Part shown: piece by piece, positions 19,842 to 29,249 of the stretch
Layout of the letters: every line of letters starts with the position of its first letter
Numbering within the stretch: the first letter of the stretch is position 1
DNA from: Candidatus Sumerlaeaceae bacterium
GTDB lineage: Bacteria > Sumerlaeota > Sumerlaeia > Sumerlaeales > Sumerlaeaceae
DNA length: 64,000 nucleotides
Direction of reading: 5' to 3'
Assembly (NCBI GenBank): GCA_026418615.1
Contig: JAOAAY010000005.1
Location: 51,818-115,817, forward strand
Made by a program: the position numbers and the translations under genes
The notes under the pieces: generated by a model
Seen by the model: only the letters and a program-made list of their open reading frames with translations
Told to the model about the DNA's origin: nothing
The model's database searches: none

Positions 19842-19866
19842 TCATACGAATTTCATTTTCGTATGA
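19842..19866. repeat. AT-rich perfect inverted repeat TCATACGAA-N7-TTCGTATGA
   Basis: The 9-bp arms are at 19842-19850 and 19858-19866 with loop TTTCATT. It lies between the gltB stop (19787) and the SD/ATG of the pseudopilin gene (GGAG 19868, ATG 19880). Confidence 0.6.
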
Positions 19867-19879
19867 CGGAGTGTTTCCA

Positions 19880-20479
19880 ATGAAGCGGTTCGGCTTTACC
19901 CTCATCGAACTTCTGATCGTGGTGGCCATCATAGCGATCCTCGCGGCGATTGCCGTGCCGAACTTTCTTGAGGCTCAGGTTCGCGCAAAGGTCTCCCGCT
20001 GCAAGGCGGACATGCGTTCCACGGTGACCGCCATTGAATCGTACGCGGTGGATAACAACAATTATCCGCTTTACGGGGTGGTGCTGCCGGGCGGCGGGAT
20101 CCAAATGCCAGCCCTTGGCGTGGCGGCCACGCATGAGTTTGCCCACCCCCACATGACGACACCCATCGCTTACATTTCCTCGCAGTTCGAGGATCCTTTC
20201 GCGACCAAGATCATCGGGCCGGAACCCGTCATCCGGTGGTACAATTATATGAATATGCCGTACCATTTCAGTTTCCCATCGCATCCGCTCCCCCAGTCCG
20301 AGCGCGACAAATTATTGGACCAGACCGGCCGGTGGCGGCTCATCGCCTGCGGTCCGGATGGCGACCGCGGCGCCGACGCCAAGTTCACCAATACGATTTA
20401 CGATCCGACCAACGGCACCGTGAGCGACGGCGATATCGTACGGACCCAGCGCAATCCGGAAAGCCAGCCGCGTCAGTGA
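19880..20479 (+). CDS. Prepilin-type N-terminal cleavage/methylation domain protein (type II pseudopilin-like)
   Basis: The N-terminus MKRFGFTLIELLIVVAIIAILAAIAVPNFLEAQ is the canonical class III signal peptide plus hydrophobic helix. The ATG at 19880 follows a GGAG. Confidence 0.85.
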   Translation: MKRFGFTLIELLIVVAIIAILAAIAVPNFLEAQVRAKVSRCKADMRSTVTAIESYAVDNNNYPLYGVVLPGGGIQMPALGVAATHEFAHPHMTTPIAYISSQFEDPFATKIIGPEPVIRWYNYMNMPYHFSFPSHPLPQSERDKLLDQTGRWRLIACGPDGDRGADAKFTNTIYDPTNGTVSDGDIVRTQRNPESQPRQ

Positions 20480-22026
20480 CCTGTTGATGCTGTCGGCGAG
20501 GTGGGTGTGTCGGCCGTGCCGGACGCGCGATAATTGGCCAGTAGCAAGGTCATCGAGTCTTGCGCGTCATTGGCCCGACTGACGGGAACCGTGAAATTAT
20601 TGGCCATAAAGGTGAATGCGATCCGGCGGCGGTCGGCGCTGGTCACATAACCGCTAAGGGCGCGAACGCGGCCGATGAACCCCGTCTTGGCCCGCGCGTT
20701 GTTCTCCGCCGGTGTCCCGCGCATGCGGCTGCGGATCGTGCCATCCACGCCGGCTACGGGCAGCGAATCCTCAAAAACTTTGGAATATTGGGAGTCGGCC
20801 ATGTGGCGCAGCAAGGCCATCGTATGGCGCGGTTCCACGAGGTTCTGCCGCGACAGCCCGGATCCATCGGCCATGCGAAATCCCGAGGCGTCCACCCCGC
20901 AGGAACTCGTGAGAAAATCGCGCACAGCAGTCTCGGCGCTCTCATAGTCGCCCCGGCCTTTGACCTTCAGGCCGATGGCCCGGGCCAGCATGTCAGCGTA
21001 AAAGTTTTGCGAGGGTTTGTTGATGATGGCCAGGATGCGCGACAGGGGCGGAGACCAGTGCGTGTGAAGCGTCACGAGGCGGGCGGGATCCGTCCGCCGC
21101 GCTTTGTCCGGCAGGGCGTCTGCATCGCGTGCACCGCCGCGAACGGCGACGCCTTGCCGCGACAACTCTTCGCGCAGCATCGTGACGGTGAAAAGGGTGC
21201 CGTCGTGAATGCTGCCCCATTGCTTCGACGGCGGCGCATCCACCGGAATAACGCCTGACAGCGTGACCTGATTGCCGTCGAGAGGCCGGGCAATTTCGAT
21301 AGTCGTCGTTGTTCCTGCGGCCACCGGAAGGGTTGTCAGGACTTCGTTGCGGAAGGTGACATAGCGGGTTGGAAGCCAGGGTTTGATGCGGGCCGGTGCA
21401 CCGGCCTTCGGTCCGGGGTAGACGACCGCATCCCAGCAATTGTCATTGATGGCCAACCCGCCGGACTCGGCAGCATACCACTCCTGATAATAGTCCAACT
21501 GCCAGGTGCCCTCGCGCGGGTCATCGGGATAAATGTCGTCAAGTCCGATGATGGCACCTGTGATGCGCCGGACGCCCGACTTGCGGATGGCCTCGGCCCA
21601 TTGGCGCAGAATGACCGTCGTGGGGGTGTCCTCGACATAGCGGCCTGACAGCGCGGGGTCACCGCCGCCAATGACGACAATATCGCCGCGCAGCGTGCCG
21701 TCGCGCGCGATCGGCCCGTTGCGGCAAATGCGAGTTTCAAACCGGTGATCCGGCCCGAACAGTTCGAGTGCGGCTGCGGTGGTAAATAATTTCATGTTGG
21801 ATGCCGGCATGAATCCCTTGGCGGCATCGCGCTCATACAAAACTCGACTGGTATCCAAGTCTGCCACAATGACACCCCATCGGGCGTTGCTCCATTGCGG
21901 CGCCTCCACGATGGCATCCATCTCCGTTTTCAGGCGCGCGTCAGCATCCTCCCCCGCCGCCGCCAGCCTCATCGCCATGCAGACCGTGACAACAACACAG
22001 GCCCACCGCCGCCACGAACCGGGCAT
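20473..22026 (-). CDS. dacB: D-alanyl-D-alanine carboxypeptidase/endopeptidase (PBP4, peptidase S13)
   Basis: The motifs PASNMKLFT (SxxK) and AKTGFIG (KTG) are present. The start at 22026 (MPGSWRRWACVVV..., a signal peptide) is preceded by GAGGAGG. The ORF-track start at 22101 is less likely. Confidence 0.85.
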   Translation of the reverse strand: MPGSWRRWACVVVTVCMAMRLAAAGEDADARLKTEMDAIVEAPQWSNARWGVIVADLDTSRVLYERDAAKGFMPASNMKLFTTAAALELFGPDHRFETRICRNGPIARDGTLRGDIVVIGGGDPALSGRYVEDTPTTVILRQWAEAIRKSGVRRITGAIIGLDDIYPDDPREGTWQLDYYQEWYAAESGGLAINDNCWDAVVYPGPKAGAPARIKPWLPTRYVTFRNEVLTTLPVAAGTTTTIEIARPLDGNQVTLSGVIPVDAPPSKQWGSIHDGTLFTVTMLREELSRQGVAVRGGARDADALPDKARRTDPARLVTLHTHWSPPLSRILAIINKPSQNFYADMLARAIGLKVKGRGDYESAETAVRDFLTSSCGVDASGFRMADGSGLSRQNLVEPRHTMALLRHMADSQYSKVFEDSLPVAGVDGTIRSRMRGTPAENNARAKTGFIGRVRALSGYVTSADRRRIAFTFMANNFTVPVSRANDAQDSMTLLLANYRASGTADTPTSPTASTGH

Positions 22027-22123
22027 CCGAAAACCTCCTCGCGATCTAGACGGAGGACTACGACGGATCAATCCGCGGCGGTCAACGGTTTGATGGAGCA
22101 CGGACAGAATGCCGCTGTCGGCG

Positions 22124-22606
22124 TTAGGGGCGCGCGATGGCGCGCCGCAGCGCCATCAGCATGCCCAGATGAACCCCGTCATGGAAAAGACTGAAGTTCA
22201 GCGCTTCGGCCGGTGAACGCAACACCACACCCGCCGAGGTTGTGTAGGGTTCGGGAAAGGCTGCGTGCATGCGCGACCCAAAGAGACGAAACACTTTTTC
22301 CGCCGTGGGAACAATCTCCGCCGTCAGTTGCCCCACCGGAGGTAAGCCGCCGGCTGACCAGTCTGTCGGCGATGTACCCTTGGCAAACCAGGCGCAATAC
22401 TCGTCCGGCAAATCCATCGCCTCGCGCATCAGACCCAGCGTCAGCAGTCGCGGCGTCACCACAAGGTGTCCTGCATGCCAGCGTGCGTTGTTTTTCCAGC
22501 CGGGAGGCACGGTATCCGTGCATTCCGCCGGAAAACTGGTGATCAGGTCGGCGATGCGCTGGCGCACCTGACAGGTTTGATCGAGCAGGGTCTGAGTGGA
22601 GATCAT
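22124..22606 (-). CDS. DinB superfamily protein
   Basis: His-containing helices are present (WHAGHLVV, FHDGVHLGMLMAL). The ATG at 22606 is preceded by GGGAG. The longer track ORF (to 22684) would overlap the upstream gene. Confidence 0.8.
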   Translation of the reverse strand: MISTQTLLDQTCQVRQRIADLITSFPAECTDTVPPGWKNNARWHAGHLVVTPRLLTLGLMREAMDLPDEYCAWFAKGTSPTDWSAGGLPPVGQLTAEIVPTAEKVFRLFGSRMHAAFPEPYTTSAGVVLRSPAEALNFSLFHDGVHLGMLMALRRAIARP

Positions 22607-22677
22607 GCGGTCGCTCCCAGTGCGAAGATGTTGGCATGTACTGCAACCGGGCGCACCGCCATGTTCAACTGCGCCGG

Positions 22678-23649
22678 CTAGCAAGCCGAAGAGGAATCTC
22701 CATCAGCGGCGGATTCTGCCCGGCGCGGCTTCGTTTTCCAACGCCGGTGGAACCAGAAATAGTTGTCAGGGAAACGCTCAATCATTTGCTCTAGCGCACG
22801 AACATGGGCCTCGGTCAGACGGCGCACCTCAGCATCGCGCTCCGCATTAGGATCTGGCAGGATCGGCGCCATGACATGCAGCCGCAATTTGCGTAGCGGT
22901 CCATCCTCGCGGACACAAAACATCGGAAGGATGGGCAGGTTGAGTTTCCACGAGAACAGCGCCGCCCCCTCGTAGGTGGAAGCCGGACGGCCAAAGAAAT
23001 CCACGAAGATGCCGCGGCGCCGCGCATCCTGATCACCCAGCACCGCCAGCCACTTACCCTGTCGCACAGCATCTACTGCGCGCTTGATCGAGGCTGTGAC
23101 AGGAAGGATGTCCACGCCCATGGACCGACGGATCGCGGTGACCTCGCGATCAATCAAGGGGTTATGCAGCAGTTTGACAAAAGCCACAAAACGCACCCCC
23201 TCGTGCAAGGCATACTGGCTGACGGCCTCCCAGTTGCCGAAGTGCGCCAGCAGGCTGATGGCCGGAGCGCCCTTGCATGCCGTGTAATGCTCGTAGCCTA
23301 CTATCGGTTCGAAGTTCCCGCCACGCAACGGTCCCAACAGATGGGGCTGAACAAACTCAAAGAAGGTCAGCAGATTGTTTTGATAGGTTCGCAGCGCGAT
23401 CTGCCGGAGTTCCTGCGGCGTTTTGCGCGACCCGAAGGCAATCTCGAGGTTCTTCTCCACCTCGCGCCTGCGCAAGCGCAAGACGGCGTAGGCCAGCCAC
23501 CCCAGCGCGTCAGCCAGACGGATCGCCCATCGCCGCGAAAGCGACCCGAGTAAAAGGGTGATCAGTCGCCACACGCCGTATTCAAGGCGGTGGACAAGCC
23601 TCACGCGCGCCGGGCGTGTGCTCTCGCGGTCGGGTAGTTCCATGGCCAA
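22678..23649 (-). CDS. Lysophospholipid/lipid A acyltransferase (LpxL/HtrB family)
   Basis: The ORF is 323 aa with an N-terminal hydrophobic anchor. It has the catalytic-region motif LLAHFGNWE and the C-terminal motif YFWFHRRWK, which is typical of lauroyl/myristoyl acyltransferases. Confidence 0.8.
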   Translation of the reverse strand: MAMELPDRESTRPARVRLVHRLEYGVWRLITLLLGSLSRRWAIRLADALGWLAYAVLRLRRREVEKNLEIAFGSRKTPQELRQIALRTYQNNLLTFFEFVQPHLLGPLRGGNFEPIVGYEHYTACKGAPAISLLAHFGNWEAVSQYALHEGVRFVAFVKLLHNPLIDREVTAIRRSMGVDILPVTASIKRAVDAVRQGKWLAVLGDQDARRRGIFVDFFGRPASTYEGAALFSWKLNLPILPMFCVREDGPLRKLRLHVMAPILPDPNAERDAEVRRLTEAHVRALEQMIERFPDNYFWFHRRWKTKPRRAESAADGDSSSAC

Positions 23650-23709
23650 GGAGCCACTACCGGCGGATCAAAAACTGCCTTCAAGCGCGAACCAACCGCG
23701 GAAGAGCCT

Positions 23710-23739
23710 TTGACACCGGTGAAATGACCGGGGTAGCAT
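23710..23739 (+). promoter_or_regulatory. Sigma70-like promoter candidate for the DUF4282 gene
   Basis: TTGACA (23710-23715) is separated by an 18-nt spacer from TAGCAT (23734-23739), 45 nt upstream of the ATG at 23784, which has a GGAGGAG SD. This is a sequence match only. Confidence 0.3.
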
Positions 23740-23783
23740 GGTTACAGGTGAGGCTCTCAATCTGACTGGCGGAGGAGCACCAA

Positions 23784-24074
23784 ATGGACACACCGAAGGG
23801 ATTCGTAGAAGCCCTGTTTGACCTGTCGTTTTCCGAGTTCATCACGACGAGACTTGTGAAAATCCTCTACATTCTCGGCATGTTTCTGGCCGGAGTCGGG
23901 GCTTTATTGACCATTCTGGGTGGCATTCGGGCCGGGGCGGCAGCAGGACTACTTGCTTTGGGTCTTGCGGTGCTGATGTTTTTCGTCATCGTCATCGCCC
24001 TGCGTGTCTGGCTGGAACTGGTCATTGTCATTTTCCGCATAGCGGAGACGCTGCGCGAGATCGCCAAGAAATAG
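23784..24074 (+). CDS. DUF4282-like small membrane protein
   Basis: The ORF is 96 aa. The motif LFDLSFSEFITTRLVKILYILGMFLAG is followed by two TM helices, which matches the DUF4282 pattern. Confidence 0.7.
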   Translation: MDTPKGFVEALFDLSFSEFITTRLVKILYILGMFLAGVGALLTILGGIRAGAAAGLLALGLAVLMFFVIVIALRVWLELVIVIFRIAETLREIAKK

Positions 24075-24167
24075 TTATTGTTGGGCGTCGGGCTTAGGCG
24101 CCGATTCGTCGTTGCAAGGGTGCCGCCTGTGCGGGTAGGCAAGCCTGTGTCAGACTCTCCACGCTGA

Positions 24168-26723
24168 ATGCTGCCCATGTCCAACGATGACCTGTTGCCG
24201 TCCGACAATGTCGGGAAGTCCGGTGTGAACGAGGCGCTGCGCGCCCTGCTTGATGTCGCGCACTTGCGACGCAACCTGACTCATGTCGAGCGCATTCCGG
24301 CCCGACCGGCACAGTATAGCGATTTTCCTGCGGGTCTTGACCCGCGCGTCGCTACGGCTTTGCGATCCCGGGGCATTGAGCGTCTTTACACCCATCAGGC
24401 ATCCGCAGTGGATGCCGTTCTGGCCGGACGCGATGTCATCGTCGTCACTCCCACCGCGTCCGGCAAGACGCTGTGTTTCAATATTCCCGTCGTCCACGAG
24501 TTGCTGCAGCGTCCGGAGGCCCGCGCCCTGTACATGTTTCCCACCAAAGCGCTGGCACAGGACCAGTACTTGGAACTGCATGAACTGACGCGCGCAGCCG
24601 GCGGCGGGATGAAGGTTTACACCTTCGACGGCGACACACCGGCCAACGCCCGCCGAGCCATACGCAATGCCGGCAACATCGTGCTCACCAATCCGGATAT
24701 GCTCCATACGGGCATTTTGCCCAATCACACGGGCTGGCTGAAACTGTTCGAGAATCTGCGGTTTGTCGTGATTGACGAAATCCACCATTATCGCGGCGTC
24801 TTTGGTTCTCATGTGGCGAATGTGCTTCGCCGGTTGGCGCGCATCTGTGAGTTCTACGGCTCGCGTCCCCAGTTTATCTGTTGTTCCGCCACCATCGCCA
24901 ATCCCGCGGAAGCGGCATGGCGGCTCACAGGTCGGGAGTTCGAACTGATCGCCGAGAGCGGCGCGCCAAGCGGCGAAAAGTACTTTTTGTTCTATAACCC
25001 GCCCGTGGTGAACGAGGAACTCGGCATCCGCCGGGGCGTCGTAAACGAGGCCCGGCGGATTGCCACCCGTTTTCTGGCCGCTGATGTTCAGACCATCGTC
25101 TTCGCCCGCAGCCGCATGCGCGTCGAAGTGTTGCTCAACTACCTGAAGAAAACGATGACCAAACTCCACCGCAGTCCGGCCCGGATTGCAGGATACCGCG
25201 GGGGCTACCTGCCCAACGAGCGACGCTTGATCGAGCAAGGCGTCAAAAGCGGCGAAATCCTTGGCGTCGTCAGCACTAACGCTCTCGAACTGGGCATCGA
25301 TATCGGGCAGTTGCGAGCGGCTATCATCGCGGGCTATCCGGGCTCGGTCGCCAGCACCTGGCAACAGGCCGGAAGAGCCGGGCGCAAAGCCGAGACGGCT
25401 GTCGTCGTGCTGATCGGAAGTTCATCCCCGCTCGACCAGTATGTCGTCACACATCCCGGGTATTTTTTCGGGCGGGCGCCCGAGTCGGCCATTGTCAACC
25501 CTGACAATGTCGCCATCCTCGCCAACCATGTCAAATGCGCCGCATTCGAACTGCCTTTCGTTGACGGCGAACCTTTTGGCGGGTTGGATCCGGAGCCAAT
25601 CCTCCAGCATCTCGCCGACGAGCATGTGCTCCACCACTCCGGCAACAAGTGGCACTGGTCCAGCGACACTTTCCCCGCCGAGCACATCTCGCTGCGCAGT
25701 GCAAGCGCGGAGAACTTTGTTGTCATCAATGTTGCGGACCGCAACAGGGTCATGGCCGAGGTGGACTATGACTCGGCGCCGTTCCTCATCCACACCGAAG
25801 CCATTTACATGCACGGTGGTGAAACCTTTTACATCGAGAACCTTGATTGGGACCGCCGCACCGCGTATGCGCGGCCCCAGCGCGTGGACTACTACACCGA
25901 CGCGCTGGCCAAGACCGACTTGCGCGTGCTGAGAACGGATTTGACGGAGTCGGCCGACGGCATCACACCCGAACCTCCCGCGCGCCACGCTCCCCGGGAG
26001 GGTGAGTTTCCCCTGCCGGCCATGCACGACGGCGCGCCGCCTGCCGCCCGCGACTTGCCGCCATCGGGCCCGGAGACGGTGCGCGAGCGCATGGAGCGCG
26101 ACACCGGTCAACTTGAGCCGCCTCCCGTGTCAAGCCTGCCAGACAACCAACTCAACCTCACCATCCCGCCCCCGCTGCTCTCGCGCAATTTTGGCGAGGT
26201 CGTCGTTTCGACCGTCATCTCCAAATACAAGAAGATACGGTTCGAGACCCATGAAAATGTTGGTTATGGCGACATCAGCGTCCCCCCGCTTGAGATGCAG
26301 ACCGAGGCCTTCTGGCTGACCCTTCGGCCTGAAACGCGGGACTGGATGGAATTAGCGCGACTCGATCTCGCGGCCGCTCTCGGCGGTGTCGCGCAACTCA
26401 TGTCCACTGTCGTCCCCCTGTTTGTGCTATGCGACCCGCGGGATGTCGCGTGCGTTCCCCTCGTGCGTTCTCCGCACGACGAATTGCCGGCGATTTATCT
26501 ATATGACAAGTACCCGGGCGGCATCGGACTGGCGCGCAAGGTTTACGATTTTCACCCGCGAATCCTGATTGCGTCGTTGGATATTCTGGCACGCTGCGGC
26601 TGCGGGGCGGGATGTCCGTCGTGCGTGGGGCCGGAGGTCGAACTCAGCGCGCGCGCCAAACTGGGCGCCCGCGTTTTGCTTGAAGCGCTGTGTCGCACCG
26701 TCCCCGCGCCGGCGAATCACTAA
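24168..26723 (+). CDS. DEAD/DEAH-box helicase with C-terminal DUF1998/MrfA zinc-binding domain (MrfA/YprA-like)
   Basis: Walker A TPTASGKT, motif II VIDEIHHY and motif III CCSAT are present, followed by a helicase C domain. The C-terminal Cys cluster is CGCGAGCPSC (26595..26624). Confidence 0.9.
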   Translation: MLPMSNDDLLPSDNVGKSGVNEALRALLDVAHLRRNLTHVERIPARPAQYSDFPAGLDPRVATALRSRGIERLYTHQASAVDAVLAGRDVIVVTPTASGKTLCFNIPVVHELLQRPEARALYMFPTKALAQDQYLELHELTRAAGGGMKVYTFDGDTPANARRAIRNAGNIVLTNPDMLHTGILPNHTGWLKLFENLRFVVIDEIHHYRGVFGSHVANVLRRLARICEFYGSRPQFICCSATIANPAEAAWRLTGREFELIAESGAPSGEKYFLFYNPPVVNEELGIRRGVVNEARRIATRFLAADVQTIVFARSRMRVEVLLNYLKKTMTKLHRSPARIAGYRGGYLPNERRLIEQGVKSGEILGVVSTNALELGIDIGQLRAAIIAGYPGSVASTWQQAGRAGRKAETAVVVLIGSSSPLDQYVVTHPGYFFGRAPESAIVNPDNVAILANHVKCAAFELPFVDGEPFGGLDPEPILQHLADEHVLHHSGNKWHWSSDTFPAEHISLRSASAENFVVINVADRNRVMAEVDYDSAPFLIHTEAIYMHGGETFYIENLDWDRRTAYARPQRVDYYTDALAKTDLRVLRTDLTESADGITPEPPARHAPREGEFPLPAMHDGAPPAARDLPPSGPETVRERMERDTGQLEPPPVSSLPDNQLNLTIPPPLLSRNFGEVVVSTVISKYKKIRFETHENVGYGDISVPPLEMQTEAFWLTLRPETRDWMELARLDLAAALGGVAQLMSTVVPLFVLCDPRDVACVPLVRSPHDELPAIYLYDKYPGGIGLARKVYDFHPRILIASLDILARCGCGAGCPSCVGPEVELSARAKLGARVLLEALCRTVPAPANH

Positions 26724-28219
26724 GGTTTCAGCGCCCGGCAGCGTTCGTCGGTTTCGGCAAGCGCGCGCTTGATAGCATCCTCGCGCGAGGTCAACTCGGC
26801 TGACAGTGTCGCCAAGCGCCGTCTCATGCCCCTGATGGAGGCCCGGACCGCTTGCGGGGCAGGCGCACCAGTGTGGGTCTTGGCCGCAGCAATTTGTTCC
26901 GGCGACCCGAGCCGCAGCGTCAATCGGCTTGCGCCTTTCTCGGCCGCGAGGCGTTTCACAATCTCGAGGTCTATCTTACCCCGGCCCTCGCTCAGGCGAA
27001 CGGCTTGGGAGACCAGGTCGTAGGCCGTGCGAAACGGGATCCCCGCATCGCGGGCCACGGCATCAGCAACATCCACCGCATCCACAAAATCGTCTGCGGC
27101 AAGCGCAGCGGCGCGGTCGCGATCCACGGCGAGACTGGCCACTACGCCCTCAAACACACGCGGGGCGGATTCGGCCTCGGCAAAGATGTCCATCACGGCG
27201 TATTTGGTCCACTGCGTATCGCGGTTATAACCAGACACGAGGCCGCGTGCGGTGGCAAACAAGGTGGCCATCAAGCCGTGGACTGCCGCCGCTTTCGCGC
27301 GCGTCACCTCGGCAAAATCCGGATTGCGCTTTTGCGGCATGATGGACGAGCCTGTGACGAAGCGGTCCGCGATCCGTACGACTCCGATCTGTGGCAGCGA
27401 CAGGATGATCAGGTCCTGCGCGAGGATGCTGAGGTGCGTCATGACAAACGAGACGGCTGCGGCTGCATCTGCCTCCGCCTCCCACCGGTTGGTCACGCAG
27501 TCGAGAGTGTTTTCCTGCACGCCGTCGAACGCCAGCAGGCGCGCCGTGAATGTGCGGTCAATCGGCCACGAGGTTCCGAAACTTGCGGCCGCGCCCAGCG
27601 GCGAAAGGTTGATGCGTCTGGCCGTTTCAAGAATACGACCGAGATCCCGCAGCAGCGCCTGCGCATGCGAGGCCAGCCAGTGCCCGACCGTCGTCACGCT
27701 GGCAGGCTGGTAGTGGGTCATGCCTGCCATGGGCGTGTCGGCGTGGGTTAGCGCGCAATCCAGCAGAGCACGCACCAAGGCATCCAGACTGGCCCCGAAC
27801 GCGAGCAGCCGGGAGCGGACAAACATTCGCATGACTGTAGCCGACTGGTCGTTTCGGCTGCGAGCGGTATGAATCAACCCCGACAGGTGGGCGCCTACCC
27901 GGCCGGCGACATAGTGCTCAATGTTTGTGTGGACATCCTCCTTGCGCGGGTCGAGTGTGAGCCGGCCCTCACCCACCTCGCGCCCGAATGCCGCCAGTGC
28001 CCGTACAAGTCGTCCCGCAGCCCGGGCTGGAATGATCCCTTGTTTTGCAAGCATCAGGACATGGGCGCGGTTCTGCCAAACATCGAATGGCACCAGCACC
28101 GCGTCGGCCATAGGGCGCGGGGCCACATCGCGTCCTGCACAATAGGCGACATTGGCGGCGTCGGGGGGCTCCGTCATGCGTCCACCCCACAATTGATGTT
28201 TTTCGTCGCGTTTGGCCAT
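26720..28219 (-). CDS. argH: Argininosuccinate lyase
   Basis: The lyase-1 signature GSSIMPQKRNPDFAE is present within overall fumarase/ASL-family architecture (499 aa). Confidence 0.93.
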   Translation of the reverse strand: MAKRDEKHQLWGGRMTEPPDAANVAYCAGRDVAPRPMADAVLVPFDVWQNRAHVLMLAKQGIIPARAAGRLVRALAAFGREVGEGRLTLDPRKEDVHTNIEHYVAGRVGAHLSGLIHTARSRNDQSATVMRMFVRSRLLAFGASLDALVRALLDCALTHADTPMAGMTHYQPASVTTVGHWLASHAQALLRDLGRILETARRINLSPLGAAASFGTSWPIDRTFTARLLAFDGVQENTLDCVTNRWEAEADAAAAVSFVMTHLSILAQDLIILSLPQIGVVRIADRFVTGSSIMPQKRNPDFAEVTRAKAAAVHGLMATLFATARGLVSGYNRDTQWTKYAVMDIFAEAESAPRVFEGVVASLAVDRDRAAALAADDFVDAVDVADAVARDAGIPFRTAYDLVSQAVRLSEGRGKIDLEIVKRLAAEKGASRLTLRLGSPEQIAAAKTHTGAPAPQAVRASIRGMRRRLATLSAELTSREDAIKRALAETDERCRALKP

Positions 28220-28232
28220 CTGCCGCTTCCTC

Positions 28233-29201
28233 TCAGACCCGCGCCCGGAAATACTCGATCACACGCCGCACAATGCCCTCGGTGTCCACCTGCGGCTTGT
28301 AGCCAATGAATCGGCGCACCTTGCGCAAATCGGGCACCCGGCGTGCGAGATCCTCGAAATCCTTGTTATAGGCTTTCTCAAACGGGACGAGAGCAATCTC
28401 GCTGTGGCTGCCGGCGGTGTCGCGCACCAGTCGCGCAAGGTCGGCAATGGAAATTTCCTGGTCGTTACCCACATTGAACACTTCACCTTCAGCACGCGGC
28501 TCGCGCATCAGACCGATTAGGGCTGTCACAACATCGCTGACATCCGCGAAGCAGCGGGTCTGCGTACCGTCGCCGTACACGGTGATGGGATCGCCGGCTA
28601 ACGCCTGCTGCACAAACCGAGGGATGACCATGCCATATTGACCAGTCTGACGGGGTCCGACGGTGTTGAAAAGCCTCGCGATTACCACGGGCAACCCCTG
28701 CTCGCGGTGATACGCCAACGCGAGGAATTCGTCTATGGCCTTCGAGCAGGCGTAACTCCAGCGCGGCCGCGAAGTGGAACCAAGCACGAGGTCGTCATCC
28801 TCGGCAAACGGGACCTTTGTGTTTTTGCCATAGATTTCGCTGGTCGAAGTCACCAAGACCTTGCGGCCCTTGCGCGCGGCCAGTTGCAGGACGATCTCCG
28901 TGCCACGGATATTCGTCTCGATCGTATGGACGGGCTTCTCGACAATCAATCTCACGCCCACGGCCGCGGCGAGGTGATACACCGTGTCCGCGCGGTCCAC
29001 CAGTTCCGCCATCAGCGGATAGTCCATGATGGACGCAATGTGGTACCGGAAGCGGGGATGCTCGCGACAGCCGTCCAAGTTTGCTATGTTGCCCGTCGAG
29101 AGGTCATCAATAACCGTGACAAAATCGCCCTGAGCCAGGAGGGCCTCGGCAAGATGCGAGCCCACAAAGCCCGCGCCGCCTGTGATTAGCACATGTGCCA
29201 T
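28233..29201 (-). CDS. NAD-dependent epimerase/dehydratase (UDP-glucuronate decarboxylase / ArnA C-terminal-like)
   Basis: The motifs ITGGAGFVGSHL, STSEIYG and YACSKAIDE (YxxxK) are present. Confidence 0.85.
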   Translation of the reverse strand: MAHVLITGGAGFVGSHLAEALLAQGDFVTVIDDLSTGNIANLDGCREHPRFRYHIASIMDYPLMAELVDRADTVYHLAAAVGVRLIVEKPVHTIETNIRGTEIVLQLAARKGRKVLVTSTSEIYGKNTKVPFAEDDDLVLGSTSRPRWSYACSKAIDEFLALAYHREQGLPVVIARLFNTVGPRQTGQYGMVIPRFVQQALAGDPITVYGDGTQTRCFADVSDVVTALIGLMREPRAEGEVFNVGNDQEISIADLARLVRDTAGSHSEIALVPFEKAYNKDFEDLARRVPDLRKVRRFIGYKPQVDTEGIVRRVIEYFRARV

Positions 29202-29249
29202 GATGAGAAGTCAGTCGGCTGTCGGTTGCGCGAGTTCAAGCCGCATTGT

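Noticed and set aside
24150-25364. A 404-aa minus-strand ORF opposite the helicase. The same applies to 37398..38756 opposite malQ, 39440..40792 opposite the phosphodiester glycosidase, and 41213..42112 opposite GH172.
   Set aside because: Each lies opposite a gene with strong family motifs, and none has a motif of its own.
24168-26723. Reading the DUF1998 helicase as part of an anti-phage defence island (DISARM-like or similar).
   Set aside because: No methyltransferase, PLD/nuclease, or other defence-associated partner is adjacent. The flanks are housekeeping genes (LpxL-like and argH), and the single-polypeptide architecture matches MrfA/YprA.
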